The notes beneath the pieces are model-generated. The model made no database searches, was not told the origin of the DNA, and was given only the letters and a program-made list of their open reading frames with translations. From a virus, in IMG/VR virus record IMGVR_UViG_3300021387_001020, positions 3,367-67,366 of that record: a DNA stretch of 64,000 bases; one strand, written 5' to 3'. Below are positions 11,008 to 21,604 of this stretch, in pieces (the first letter of the stretch is position 1; every line of letters starts with the position of its first letter). Position numbers and translations under genes: made by a program.

Positions 11008-12246
11008 TTACAATAATTCAGCTAATTGAGCTAATTTACTTCTCCAAATATTTTGTAATTCTATATAACCAAATTCACTATTGCCTTTAAATGCTTCAAT
11101 AACTCTACGCAATCCATTATTTTTTCCATCAAATAAATAAGAATCTACTTGTGTCTTATAGTCACCTTCAATAATAACTTTTGCTCCAGATGAAACACGA
11201 GAGAGAGCTATTTTCATTAAATCAACAGTAGTATTTTGACATTCCGTCATATATAATATTTCATTATCTCTAACTTCCATTCCACGACAATCAGCAAGAC
11301 TTACTATTTTAATTTTTCCTTGTTGAATTAAAAGTTCAACACCAAACTGATCACCGAACTTTGTAGATAACATTTGACCAAGAAATTGTTGCATACCTTT
11401 TTCGACAGCATTTCCGCTATAATAACCCATATCAAATGCACCTTTAGTTTTCGTTGCATTATATAAGATTACAAGCCTGTCATATTTACCATTTTCAATT
11501 AAATTCATTGCACACATTAATGACAATAAACTTTTACCAGCTCCAGGCGGAGCAGAAATAGCAGTTATAGTATTATTCATTATAGAATCTATAACGCAAC
11601 TTTGATAAATATCTTTTGGTTTTAATTTATCAAAATATGTTGATTTAACTGGTTTTTTATAAATAGACTGAAATCTTTCTCCATCCCATCTATATGTATC
11701 AACAATCTCATTATCTACATTTTTGATAATTAAATATTCGTTGATCAATAAATCATATCTATTATCATTTTGGTTTTCATAAAAATATGCCATATCATCA
11801 TCTGGCATTGTTATTTCTTTAAATCCAGTATATGATATTTCTTCCTTTTTTTCTTCAAACCATTCAACATTAAACCCAAACACTTGCTCCGCAATATTTC
11901 TACAACTTAAGTCATGAGTAACAAATGTAACTTCTTCATTATTAAACTCTGACCACATATATAATGCGCAGCATATCTGTACATCTGGAGAAAAACTATC
12001 AAGGTTAAGTCTTTCGGCTATTTTATCAGTACTATAAACAACCACATCATATTCTCCATGATGATTAGCTAACCACTTAATAGCATTACGGGCAGACGCT
12101 CTAACATCTTCTGTTTTAAGTTTATTTGTTTTTATATCCTCTAATTCTACCAAACTCACAGAAGATATAATGAATGGAATAGAAGAATAGTATTCAACAT
12201 CTTCTAGCAAAACATTTGTGTCAAGGAAATATCTCATAAATTTCAC
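11008..12246 (-). CDS. phoH: PIN domain plus PhoH-family ATPase
   Basis: N-terminal FLDTNVLL (PIN), P-loop APPGAGKS, CRG...ECQN and GDYKTQVD PhoH motifs. Confidence 0.85.
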   Translation of the reverse strand: MKFMRYFLDTNVLLEDVEYYSSIPFIISSVSLVELEDIKTNKLKTEDVRASARNAIKWLANHHGEYDVVVYSTDKIAERLNLDSFSPDVQICCALYMWSEFNNEEVTFVTHDLSCRNIAEQVFGFNVEWFEEKKEEISYTGFKEITMPDDDMAYFYENQNDNRYDLLINEYLIIKNVDNEIVDTYRWDGERFQSIYKKPVKSTYFDKLKPKDIYQSCVIDSIMNNTITAISAPPGAGKSLLSLMCAMNLIENGKYDRLVILYNATKTKGAFDMGYYSGNAVEKGMQQFLGQMLSTKFGDQFGVELLIQQGKIKIVSLADCRGMEVRDNEILYMTECQNTTVDLMKIALSRVSSGAKVIIEGDYKTQVDSYLFDGKNNGLRRVIEAFKGNSEFGYIELQNIWRSKLAQLAELL

Positions 12247-12431
12247 CGCCCATCATAAGAACTGATAATTTGATTTTTTCTATATTCTTCTAGAAGCTTC
12301 ATTGTTTTTGGAGACTCTGTAACAAATCTCGTTTTATAACCAGACTTATGAGTAGCAGAAGCCAGATGTACATCATAACCTCTACCATTTCTTACAAGAT
12401 ATTCCATTTCTTTTTTTGTGATATCAATCAA
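12243..12431 (-). CDS. Small hypothetical protein
   Basis: 62-aa ORF overlapping the phoH start. Confidence 0.55.
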   Translation of the reverse strand: MIDITKKEMEYLVRNGRGYDVHLASATHKSGYKTRFVTESPKTMKLLEEYRKNQIISSYDGR

Positions 12432-12532
12432 TCCTTTTTCACATCCTTATTATTTATTTACGTAACAAAAAAGAGGGCATTAACCCTCTTAAATGTATTT
12501 TCGTATTTAGTAATCAGTATCATCACTGATAA

Positions 12533-12607
12533 TTGGGATAACAAGATTTGAACTTGCGACCTCTAGTTCCCAAAACTAGCGTTCTAACCAAACTGAACTA
12601 CATCCCA
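12533..12607 (-). tRNA. tRNA-Pro(UGG)
   Basis: Cloverleaf; CTAGT-TTTGGGA-ACTAG. Confidence 0.9.
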
Positions 12608-12765
12608 ATAATTGGGAAGCACAACCTTCCCGCGCAGCAGATTTACCGCTGGAGTTCCCCTGACTTGACGTATCTGGGTGGTGGGAACTATACACGTAGT
12701 CCCACGATTATTTTAGCTATCTATATGATTGGTGGGAGAGTAATATAGATACGCTGTTTAATATA

Positions 12766-13038
12766 TTAAGCAAACATTTCTTTTACAGTAGGACTAAACT
12801 TAACCTTCGGAACATCCTTAGCTGCAACAGCAACAGCTTCTCCAGTCTGAGGATTTCTTGCGGTACGAGCATCACGATGAGTAGTCATAAACTTAACACC
12901 CTGAACAGGTGATACACCATCTTCATCCTTCATCGCTTCAAAAATAGTATCAAAGAGTGCAACAACAACTTCTCTTGCATCCTTCTGTGTCAGGTTAGCC
13001 TTCTTAGCAAATTCTCTAATAAATACATCTTTCTTCAT
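12766..13038 (-). CDS. hup: HU-family DNA-binding protein
   Basis: ARTARNPQTGE...PKVKFS signature, 90 aa. Confidence 0.9.
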   Translation of the reverse strand: MKKDVFIREFAKKANLTQKDAREVVVALFDTIFEAMKDEDGVSPVQGVKFMTTHRDARTARNPQTGEAVAVAAKDVPKVKFSPTVKEMFA

Positions 13039-13302
13039 AATAATAATTCTCCTTTTAATCCTAAAATTGTTTTATATATTTTTTCTAAAGTGCGCACAAT
13101 AGATGTTTATTCCATACCACATCAAAAGACTATTCAATTGTAAAATCATGATCCCTTATTTATTTACACCGCACTCGGCAATAGCGGCTGAAGATTATTT
13201 ATGAATAAATCTCCTATATAATAGAAAATTAGTGATATCTCTAAAACTCATATAAAATATGGGTTTAATCAATAATTAAAAAATTGATGATGATAATTTT
13301 AA

Positions 13303-16300
13303 TTAATGAATAAAACAATTTAAAAATTTATTTTTATCATATCTATATAATAAAGTCAACATTTTTTGTGTATATTTTGTTGCTTTTTTGTAAAGCTTAT
13401 CAGTATGAACTTTTCCATTATAGCCTAATGAAGTTGCTATTAGACGATACATAGTATCTTTACTAATACTTATCTTTTTTAATTTTTCTAATATTTCTTC
13501 TGTTTTTTCGATATAATGAATAACTCCAATTTCCTCATCATCATATACCATACAAAACCTGGTGTACGAATCGTATTCTTCTATAATTTTTCTGATTGTC
13601 GAAACTTGCTGCTGATTTGCTCTTTTTGTTGGCCTATTTAAATATTCAACTGTATCTATCATTTTATTTTTTTTAACTCCTTGAATTTTATCAAGACAGT
13701 CCTGAAGCCAATTCATTGGACATATTAATGTTTCATCGATCCGTCTTTTGACTTTATTTTTTTCTTTTTTTATATCATCATAAGGTCTTTCTTTCCCATT
13801 TTTAGTAACTGGAATTTCATGAGTCCATTTCATAAATTTAGGATAATCTTTTTTTCTATTCATACAATCTTGGCTACGAATTCTAGAGATATCATCATTA
13901 ACATCCACAGCAAATACTTTTTTACAGCCATCAATTGCCAATTGAGCGCAAACAGCTAATATAACTGTATTTTCATAAAGCTGTTGAGTATCATCATCGT
14001 ATTCATTGTTAGCTAATTTAGTCCAATAATATGTTTGACTAAGCTGCGCACTATCTGATGATCCACCTATGGCTTTCTGAGCATTCTGCATTTGTGAATC
14101 CATACGGGCATATTCACTCATCGTATTGTCATATGACATACCACTTTCTGGAACTTCATTAACAACAGTTGGGTAATCGCGGTATGCTATTCTGGCAGCT
14201 TCAACCATTTGAGGTTGGTTTGTTACAAAATTAAAATCTGCAATTTGTTATATCTTAAGCTCTTTATCTTAAGCATCTCCGATTTTCATCAGAGTATCGG
14301 ACTATATCTTTACCATATGTTTTTACACTTAGGTAATCGGCACTCGTGGAGGAATTATTCTCTTTGCTAGTCATCCTCTAGTCTCTAAACGTTGGATATG
14401 CAATAAAGCAAAACATATCCCTTCGTAATTGATCGGCATATTGTGTATTTATTGTTTTTCGCTAAAATAATAATATTTTTTATATGGTTTATTTTTATCT
14501 AAAACAGAACTTATCATGATTCTTAATGAATTAATTTTTCTCGGTTTTTTCTCAAATGTATTTAGCCATTCACAACATTCACCTATATATCCAAATTCAC
14601 TAATAAAATTCATATCTAAATCATATACATAAATTCGTTTTGCCATTCCGTTTTGTTCGCCAGGGCGAGAGAGTTGTAACTTTAATTCTGGATGATCTTC
14701 ATATTTTTTTCTTAAAGTATCATTTCCCCAATTAGGATTATTTTTTCCAAACATATCTCTTTCTTGATGTTTTTTCAACCACTTGAAATAAGTTTCTTCA
14801 TCCATCCTCTGTTTCGGAGATATACCAAACATAGCATTATTTTTACCCTTACTGCTTTCACTTAGTTTTTTTCTAACGCTATCTGCTTTTTCCTTAGAAT
14901 AATAATCCCACACATTCACACCATACATTGGATTATTCTCTCCTAACATATCAGTGGAATGCTGTTTACACCACTTCTCATCATGAACACTTCCATAAGA
15001 ACCATCTCCGCCAAATGTATGATTTGTTAAATGACCATTTTCATTTTTATTATTATTATAACCAATAATATCTATTCCATATCCTTTAACAAAAACATAA
15101 TCTTCGATAACCTTACGCTCTAATTCTAATGCTTCGTCTTGGGTCAGATTATCTTGTATGATATTTACAGTCATGTCATATTTATCTACTATTCGATCAT
15201 GATGTTTATTTCTTTTTCTGGAATTCGCTCTCTTTAAAGTCCCTTTCCCGACATAAAAACACTATCCGTTATCCATTCTTATGTGTTCATAAACACAAAA
15301 TCTTCTATCTTCTATATCTAACACCTCGCTTAATTAATATTTCAATAAATACACAACTTAGCGTTCCAATTTTCACCGATTATTTTTTGAACCGAGTTTC
15401 CCCGGAACCGACCCATTAAGTTAAGTCAAAATCTTCACCGTTCATTCTTGCTTGTAAATCCGTATGAATACAGTTAACTGCCATTATATTATTACTAAAT
15501 TCAAAATATTCTTTCATCAACGGATGATAAACATTTTTGAAATATCCCAAATTATTGCTACTATTATGCGGGTTACGTATACCACATAAATGCTCCCCGT
15601 CATTAAATCGTGGACAATATACTTGTATAACCCCATCATCTTGTTGTAAAGTAGGATCATTATTCCAATCTTCTCCAACAGTATATAATAATAATGCATA
15701 AGGATTCCCACATACAGTCATATTGTCTCCAATTACAGTAATTTTACCTTTGCGTAATTTTGCTACATATTGACTAATAATTTTAGATTTATCCATTTTC
15801 CACATTTTACTATTGGAAAAATCTTTATTCCATTTATATAAATCTGCCAGCATTTCAAAATGATTAACGGCAGTTGCATTCTTTCTTAAAAATTTTTCAA
15901 ATTCGTCATTGTCATTCTTTAATAATTCAACATACTTTATGCTTGTTTCTGCAATTTTTTCTATATCTTCTTTAGTACAAGGAAGAGTGTTAATCATTTG
16001 ATAACTCATTTGTTGAACATTATCTAACTTGCTTCGATGGTCTGTTTTTACAATTCCCCAGACACAATTATCTGCATTTACACGTTTACACCAATAATCA
16101 TATGCACTCGGAAGAGTTCCGCCAATTAAATCTACAAACTTCTTCCATTTGATAGCATTATCACTTGTGATTATCTTTATGTCTTTTGCAAAATGAAGAT
16201 TGCCAAACATATCTTCAATCTGATAATTATCATAATCTATGCCATGCTGAATACAATAGTCTTTAAAAAATTTCTGTATTCTAGTTCTAAATGCACAGGC

Positions 16301-17188
16301 TTTGAAGAAATGATTTCTTAACAGCGCCATCCCATTACACCAATCTGGCATAACTGAAGTTTCTATTAATGCCATCCCATCCCATATTGTATTTTTAACA
16401 TCTGTTTCTTCCCTATGTACAGTACATCGTTTTCTGGTTTCTTTCTTTCCATTACGAAGTGTTACTTCATAATCTTCCGCACGAACAATGTCCGCAATAG
16501 TATGAAAAAAGCTATCCTGATCTTTAAGGATTAAAACATCATTTACTGGTATGGAAACAGTCCCTTCTATGGATGAGGTCGATAATGGCGCATATGCTGA
16601 AATTTCTACGATTTTAGCACCATGCTGCGGAAGCTGTTTGCCAATACCCATTGTTAACCAATCATAAGCCTTGTCATATAATTCCTCCCGGATAAACATT
16701 ACAGAACCTTGTTTAGCTTTGGAAGGATTTCTATATAACATTTTATAATTGATAGTTTCCGACACAACCTCATCAGTTTTTTTGTTAATATAAGAATATG
16801 TGATTGGTACACCATCTTCATAGAATATTTTGCGAATTTGATCTTTGCTTATCTTTTTATATAAGTCTTTTTTGGAGTTTACTTTATTCTCTAGCTCATC
16901 AATTAACTTAAGTTTTTCTGTATCTTCTCCAGCATCTTTTCGCATTTTTTTAAGATGATCCAATTCTTCCTTATAACTACGAAGACCAAATTGAAAATCC
17001 ATACATATGATATCTTTTGTAGATTCATCATTCTTATCAACTGTCATACCATTCTTTTTCAACCAGTTAGTAAACAGAGAATGGTGTAACATCGCTTCAG
17101 TATAATCATATCTATCACGGATACCTATATTTTTACCGTATACTGTTGCTGCTTTAAAATTTTTAATTTTCCATCCATATTGACCCAA
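13303..17188 (-). CDS. YonO-like single-subunit RNA polymerase, join(17188..15424,14240..13303), ~900 aa
   Basis: Splicing restores NGEDFD-S-DFNFVTN (DxDxD catalytic motif). RNPH, AIDGCKK and IWDGMAL motifs; lies next to HU as in SPbeta. Confidence 0.85.
14241..15423 (-). mobile_element. Group I intron inside the RNA polymerase catalytic motif
   Basis: Exon ends GACT and pairs with IGS GGTC; P7 elements AGAGACTA and AAGATATAGTCC are present; terminal G at 14241. Confidence 0.9.
14449..15324 (-). CDS. Intron-encoded GIY-YIG homing endonuclease with NUMOD3-like repeats; one internal TAG
   Basis: CVYEH...NG*CFYVGKG across TAG 15262-15264, NHTFGGDG, and repeats GENNPMYG/GKNNAMFG/GKNNPNWG. The start codon is approximate. 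Confidence 0.8.
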
Positions 17189-17265
17189 TTAGCATCACTC
17201 CTCAAAATAATATTTAATAATCTCCAAGAGCAGTTTACCCTTGGAGATTTAATTATTACATATAG

Positions 17266-18048
17266 CTATTTATTGTTAACACCATATTTGTTAATAGTTC
17301 CGCGAACTTTACTTCTGATAAAAGCATTCCAAATATCATTATCAGGATCTTGATATACTTCGGTTGAACAAATATTAATTAGCCCAGTAAATAATTCATC
17401 ATCCATTCGGTTACCTTTAAGTCTATTACATTCCTCACATAAACAGCGCAAATTATCTTCTTTGTTTTTTCCACCACGAGAAAGCGGTACAATATGGTCA
17501 ATTGTCATTTCTCCATATGTCAAAGGTTTTCCGCAGAGTGAACAAAAATGTTTAGACTTATCATAAATAGAAACTCTTGTATCCTTAGATAACATAATTC
17601 TAGGAGAACTTCGTTTCATACCTAACACATCTAACTGATCATCAGTAAATTTCTTCCTTTCTCCAGCATTGGCAACTTCCAGTTTTTCATTAATAATATA
17701 ACAATCACCAAATGATTTAACCAACTCACGATGGCTACGAATATATGCATCCGCATCAGCAATACTTCTAAAAGATTTCGCCTTGGCAAATATATTAGTT
17801 ATTGTTCCTTTGTCAGCTGCAAAATTTATTGCATTAGTAATAATATAATTTTTTCCAGATTTTGCAGAGAAGAATTTCTGAATTCCCCAAGAAAGATCGC
17901 CTGGCATTTTTTGCTTTAGGAAATTAACAGCATCAGAGTATTTAAATCTCTGGGCTAAATCAATTGATCCAGAAGCTGCCGCATAAGCTTTGCCGTTAAC
18001 AGAACCAATTACCTTATTACCATTAGTAATATAGTATTTCTCAGCCAT
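17266..18048 (-). CDS. HNH endonuclease domain protein
   Basis: CSLCG...TIDHIVPLSRGG...N...CEECNRLKG. Confidence 0.85.
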   Translation of the reverse strand: MAEKYYITNGNKVIGSVNGKAYAAASGSIDLAQRFKYSDAVNFLKQKMPGDLSWGIQKFFSAKSGKNYIITNAINFAADKGTITNIFAKAKSFRSIADADAYIRSHRELVKSFGDCYIINEKLEVANAGERKKFTDDQLDVLGMKRSSPRIMLSKDTRVSIYDKSKHFCSLCGKPLTYGEMTIDHIVPLSRGGKNKEDNLRCLCEECNRLKGNRMDDELFTGLINICSTEVYQDPDNDIWNAFIRSKVRGTINKYGVNNK

Positions 18049-19027
18049 TGTTATTCTCCTTATTCTTTTTAGCTAATTCCTCATCAATAATACGAACAAG
18101 CTGCTCGTATCCATTTGGCATCAAAGAAATAGCAAAACCTTTGCTTACACGTTTATATCCAGTCTGCTCTTTTGCAGCATTGATATAATAATTAAGGTTT
18201 TCGTGTTCTGAGAATAAATTGTACAGCTTTAATAAATCCTGCGAAGATACAGAATCTTTATTCATCAGTCTACAACACTGTTCCCTAATAATTTCTGGGC
18301 ATCTAATAGCTGTAATAGCATTATATTTCTTCTTAAGGTCATCACCATTGACAGAGTATACTCCCATAAGATGGCGAATAGCTTTTGAAAAATATTTCAT
18401 CAAAACATCACTATTAGAAATCATGTCAATGGTTGAATTGAATTTGCGACCCTCATTCTTTTTATGCATTGCATGAACTTCAATGCCAGAAATCTGCGCC
18501 ATTACGTTATATACTTTCATATAAGCATCAGCGTGTTCCAAGCCGCAAAGCTTTGCAAAACTTCTGACTTTAGTGTTAGCATCTGAGCGCCATAAACTCT
18601 TTTCTTTATCAGTAAGTTTACTAACGAACTGAAATTCAGTCTCATTAGTAGCACCAACATTTGTGCGGTTTGAAAGAATAGTTTTGAGTTCTGCAATTGA
18701 GTTTGTCGCAACATCTTTAATCTGGGCGATATTACTCACTCTTGATCTGTCAATCTCTTTGATCTCGGAAAGAATTCTTGTAATATTAGTATTAACATTA
18801 GTCATTGTGTCATCATTGGTTTTCCAGATTGACCTAATAGCATCGGTAACTGTAGTCATCGCATTACTAAAGATTTTGTTATACTCTTCAAATGCTTTGT
18901 CCAATGTCTTTGTTATAATTTCGCTAGTCTGAATACGCGAAGCTTCGTAAAAAGCCGCAAGTTCTTCTCTCGAAAGAGGAATATTAGCAATATCAGTATT
19001 CTGTCTGGCTTCTGTTGTGTTATTCAT
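18041..19027 (-). CDS. Hypothetical coiled-coil protein
   Basis: Long ORF with SD AAGGAGG before ATG 19027. Confidence 0.7.
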   Translation of the reverse strand: MNNTTEARQNTDIANIPLSREELAAFYEASRIQTSEIITKTLDKAFEEYNKIFSNAMTTVTDAIRSIWKTNDDTMTNVNTNITRILSEIKEIDRSRVSNIAQIKDVATNSIAELKTILSNRTNVGATNETEFQFVSKLTDKEKSLWRSDANTKVRSFAKLCGLEHADAYMKVYNVMAQISGIEVHAMHKKNEGRKFNSTIDMISNSDVLMKYFSKAIRHLMGVYSVNGDDLKKKYNAITAIRCPEIIREQCCRLMNKDSVSSQDLLKLYNLFSEHENLNYYINAAKEQTGYKRVSKGFAISLMPNGYEQLVRIIDEELAKKNKENNNG

Positions 19028-19037
19028 AAATCCTCCT

Positions 19038-20225
19038 TTAATAAATAGCATATGAATCTACGATGTTTGTATTTATAGTATCTGAATAAGAAGAATCAAC
19101 AAATGAACCTGTTTTTGTATGTTTAATAAGTTCCTGAAGGGCATCCATAACCTTTGCACAAGAATCGGAAAGACTGTCAAGTGGGAGAGTGCGGTCAGCC
19201 GAAATTTTGCGGAATGCATCTGAATACTGAAGAGTTACAATCTTGGTAACAAACTTATTACATTCATTGCAGAATTCATAAATTGCATCACCATCTTTAT
19301 AATCAGAAATAACTGGATTAGTAGTGCGGCGAAGATTGTCAAGCTCAATACGTAATGTTGAAATCTGCGACTGATAATCAGTTACTTCCTTATTATATAG
19401 TGTCTGAAGATCTTCATACTTCTGATTAATATCATTAGCAGAAAAATTAGGTGCTTCATTATTAGCATTATCAATTTCATCAAGAAGAATATTAACTTCT
19501 TCCTCTTTATCTTTGAGTTGCTTTGATAATGATGACACCTGAGATTTAAGGTGGTCATAATCTTCTGGGACGATTTCCTTGACCACTTCTTTTACAATCT
19601 CTTTTGTTTCTGTTGCTTTAGGAGCTGTAGTTAATTCTTTCGTTGGCTGAATTAACTGTTTGATGATATTATAAATAGCATTTGTTGATTTTTCGCGGTT
19701 ATTCCAATCTGCGAAATCGCCAGGAGTAAGAAGATCTTTATTTTGAACAATTAGCTTTTCTCGCTCATATTGTTTACCAGATATACCTAGCTTCTTAGCT
19801 ACGATATCACGGGTCTGAGGTGCACGTTTGTTTTCACCCTGAGGTAAATTTTCCTCAGGGTCTACTTTTCCCCCAGACAACATCCTTTTCTCAGCTTTAA
19901 CAGATTCGATGCGCTCAAATTCTATCCCAACGTTAATCAACTCTTCGCGGGTGAAATCTTTGCGCTGAATATTCTCGGTTAGTTCAACTGTAATATCCTG
20001 TTCCGCATCGGAAGTAGATTTAACAATACAGTCAATCGTTTTCCACCCAAGTAGTTTACATGCTTCAAGTCTACGTTCTCCAGCAAGAAGTTTATTTTCT
20101 TCATTAATAATAATCGGTGAAAGAAGACCGATAGTTTCTATGCTAGAAGAAAGCTCTTCAAGATTACCAAGATCTTTTCTTACTCTGTTAGAAATGGTAA
20201 TTGAACTAATTGGAATTTTCTGCAT
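19038..20225 (-). CDS. ParB N-terminal domain protein with HTH and coiled coil
   Basis: IGLLSPIII...LLAGERRLEA...ENIQRKD motifs; SD GGAGG before ATG 20225. Confidence 0.8.
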   Translation of the reverse strand: MQKIPISSITISNRVRKDLGNLEELSSSIETIGLLSPIIINEENKLLAGERRLEACKLLGWKTIDCIVKSTSDAEQDITVELTENIQRKDFTREELINVGIEFERIESVKAEKRMLSGGKVDPEENLPQGENKRAPQTRDIVAKKLGISGKQYEREKLIVQNKDLLTPGDFADWNNREKSTNAIYNIIKQLIQPTKELTTAPKATETKEIVKEVVKEIVPEDYDHLKSQVSSLSKQLKDKEEEVNILLDEIDNANNEAPNFSANDINQKYEDLQTLYNKEVTDYQSQISTLRIELDNLRRTTNPVISDYKDGDAIYEFCNECNKFVTKIVTLQYSDAFRKISADRTLPLDSLSDSCAKVMDALQELIKHTKTGSFVDSSYSDTINTNIVDSYAIY

Positions 20226-20268
20226 CGTGACCTCCTTTGCAAAACGCTTTAATAAATTAACTAATAGG

Positions 20269-20298
20269 ATAATAGCACAAATCAAATTACATTGTCAA
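20269..20298 (-). promoter_or_regulatory. SigA-type promoter for the ParB-HNH-RNAP operon
   Basis: TTGACA-18 nt-TATTAT with extended TG on the minus strand. Confidence 0.55.
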
Positions 20299-20326
20299 GT
20301 ATTTAATAATTGAAATATAAAAATTT

Positions 20327-21604
20327 TTATTCAGATATTTCATTATTAGTAATACTCACAGATTCTATCCAGTCGGAAAGAAGATTTCTCATTCTGCTGC
20401 TAGGAATATAGACCCATATTGGATTACCTTCGCGGATTGCCGACCGCCAAATCCACTGCAACATTTCGGAAAGAGCATATCCATCTTCGTCAACTTCAAC
20501 ACCGTGATCTTGGAAAAATCCTTTAATCATTGGATTAAGAAAGATATTTACTGGGTAAACAACATTACTTCGAAATCTATATTCATTCATTGCCCTTGCA
20601 CCAATAAATAAATATCCTTTAGTATATCCTTTGCCAAGCAACTCATTTTTATAATCCTTATAGCAAGTCCACAAATTATCAGTAGTTTTCGATTTCCTGA
20701 TATTATTGAAAAAATTATATATGTTATCTTTTAATTGCTTCATAACTGCACTGTGTGAATTTTTTTCGTACCAGGATACAGATAAATTAAATTTTCCATC
20801 GCCAATTTTGTTCAGCTTTTCATTATTTAATATATGAATTAAATTTTCGTAATCATAATGAAAATCTGGAGTTCCTTTTTCGGTAAAATGATAATTTTCA
20901 ATTGAGTCTCCATCTACATGAATGAATTTATATTGGATATTATAGTAATCATAATAATATCTCTGAATTTGAGCATTAAACATGTATGTTAGGATAAATG
21001 TTTTCTGAAACGCCTTAAATACTTCAATTGGAAATAACCACATTAACATTTTTCCTCTGGCTAATGCTAGACCGCCAAGTTCGCTCATATTTTTAGCATC
21101 ATCAAATTTTCCGTGATAATCCTTTTTTGAATCTCTCCAGATTAATAGCCCGGTTTCTTCATTATAGTCACAGTAAACATTCAATAGATTATTAATATCA
21201 TCTTCTGAATATTGAGTATCTCTAACCACATCAGCTACTTCGTCCATGATAAGTGTATAGTTTAGTACGCTACACAAATCTATTATTTCTTTGTCGAAAC
21301 GCTGGAATAGGGCATGTGTACTTACAATGTTTTTACCTTGGCGAATTAAATCTTTTATTCCATTAATCTTTTTGCCACGCTTTTTATAAGGTTCTACAAA
21401 TTTTTTAGATGGACATTCTCTTTGATAACGTTCAACTTCCGAGATGTATGGAGTTATTATAAGGAAACGTTCATTTCTATTGCTATTATTAATATAGTTA
21501 ATTGCGCTGCAAGTTTTTCCGCTACCCATTGGCTTATCTACAATAAATACGTTCGGATTATTAATTGTTTCATTATTCATATCAATACTCTCCATATTCT
21601 TCAT
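20327..21604 (-). CDS. SF2 helicase-like / possible origin-binding protein
   Basis: PMGSGKT Walker A, IMDEV Walker B and QWIWRSAIR motif. Confidence 0.7.
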   Translation of the reverse strand: MKNMESIDMNNETINNPNVFIVDKPMGSGKTCSAINYINNSNRNERFLIITPYISEVERYQRECPSKKFVEPYKKRGKKINGIKDLIRQGKNIVSTHALFQRFDKEIIDLCSVLNYTLIMDEVADVVRDTQYSEDDINNLLNVYCDYNEETGLLIWRDSKKDYHGKFDDAKNMSELGGLALARGKMLMWLFPIEVFKAFQKTFILTYMFNAQIQRYYYDYYNIQYKFIHVDGDSIENYHFTEKGTPDFHYDYENLIHILNNEKLNKIGDGKFNLSVSWYEKNSHSAVMKQLKDNIYNFFNNIRKSKTTDNLWTCYKDYKNELLGKGYTKGYLFIGARAMNEYRFRSNVVYPVNIFLNPMIKGFFQDHGVEVDEDGYALSEMLQWIWRSAIREGNPIWVYIPSSRMRNLLSDWIESVSITNNEISE

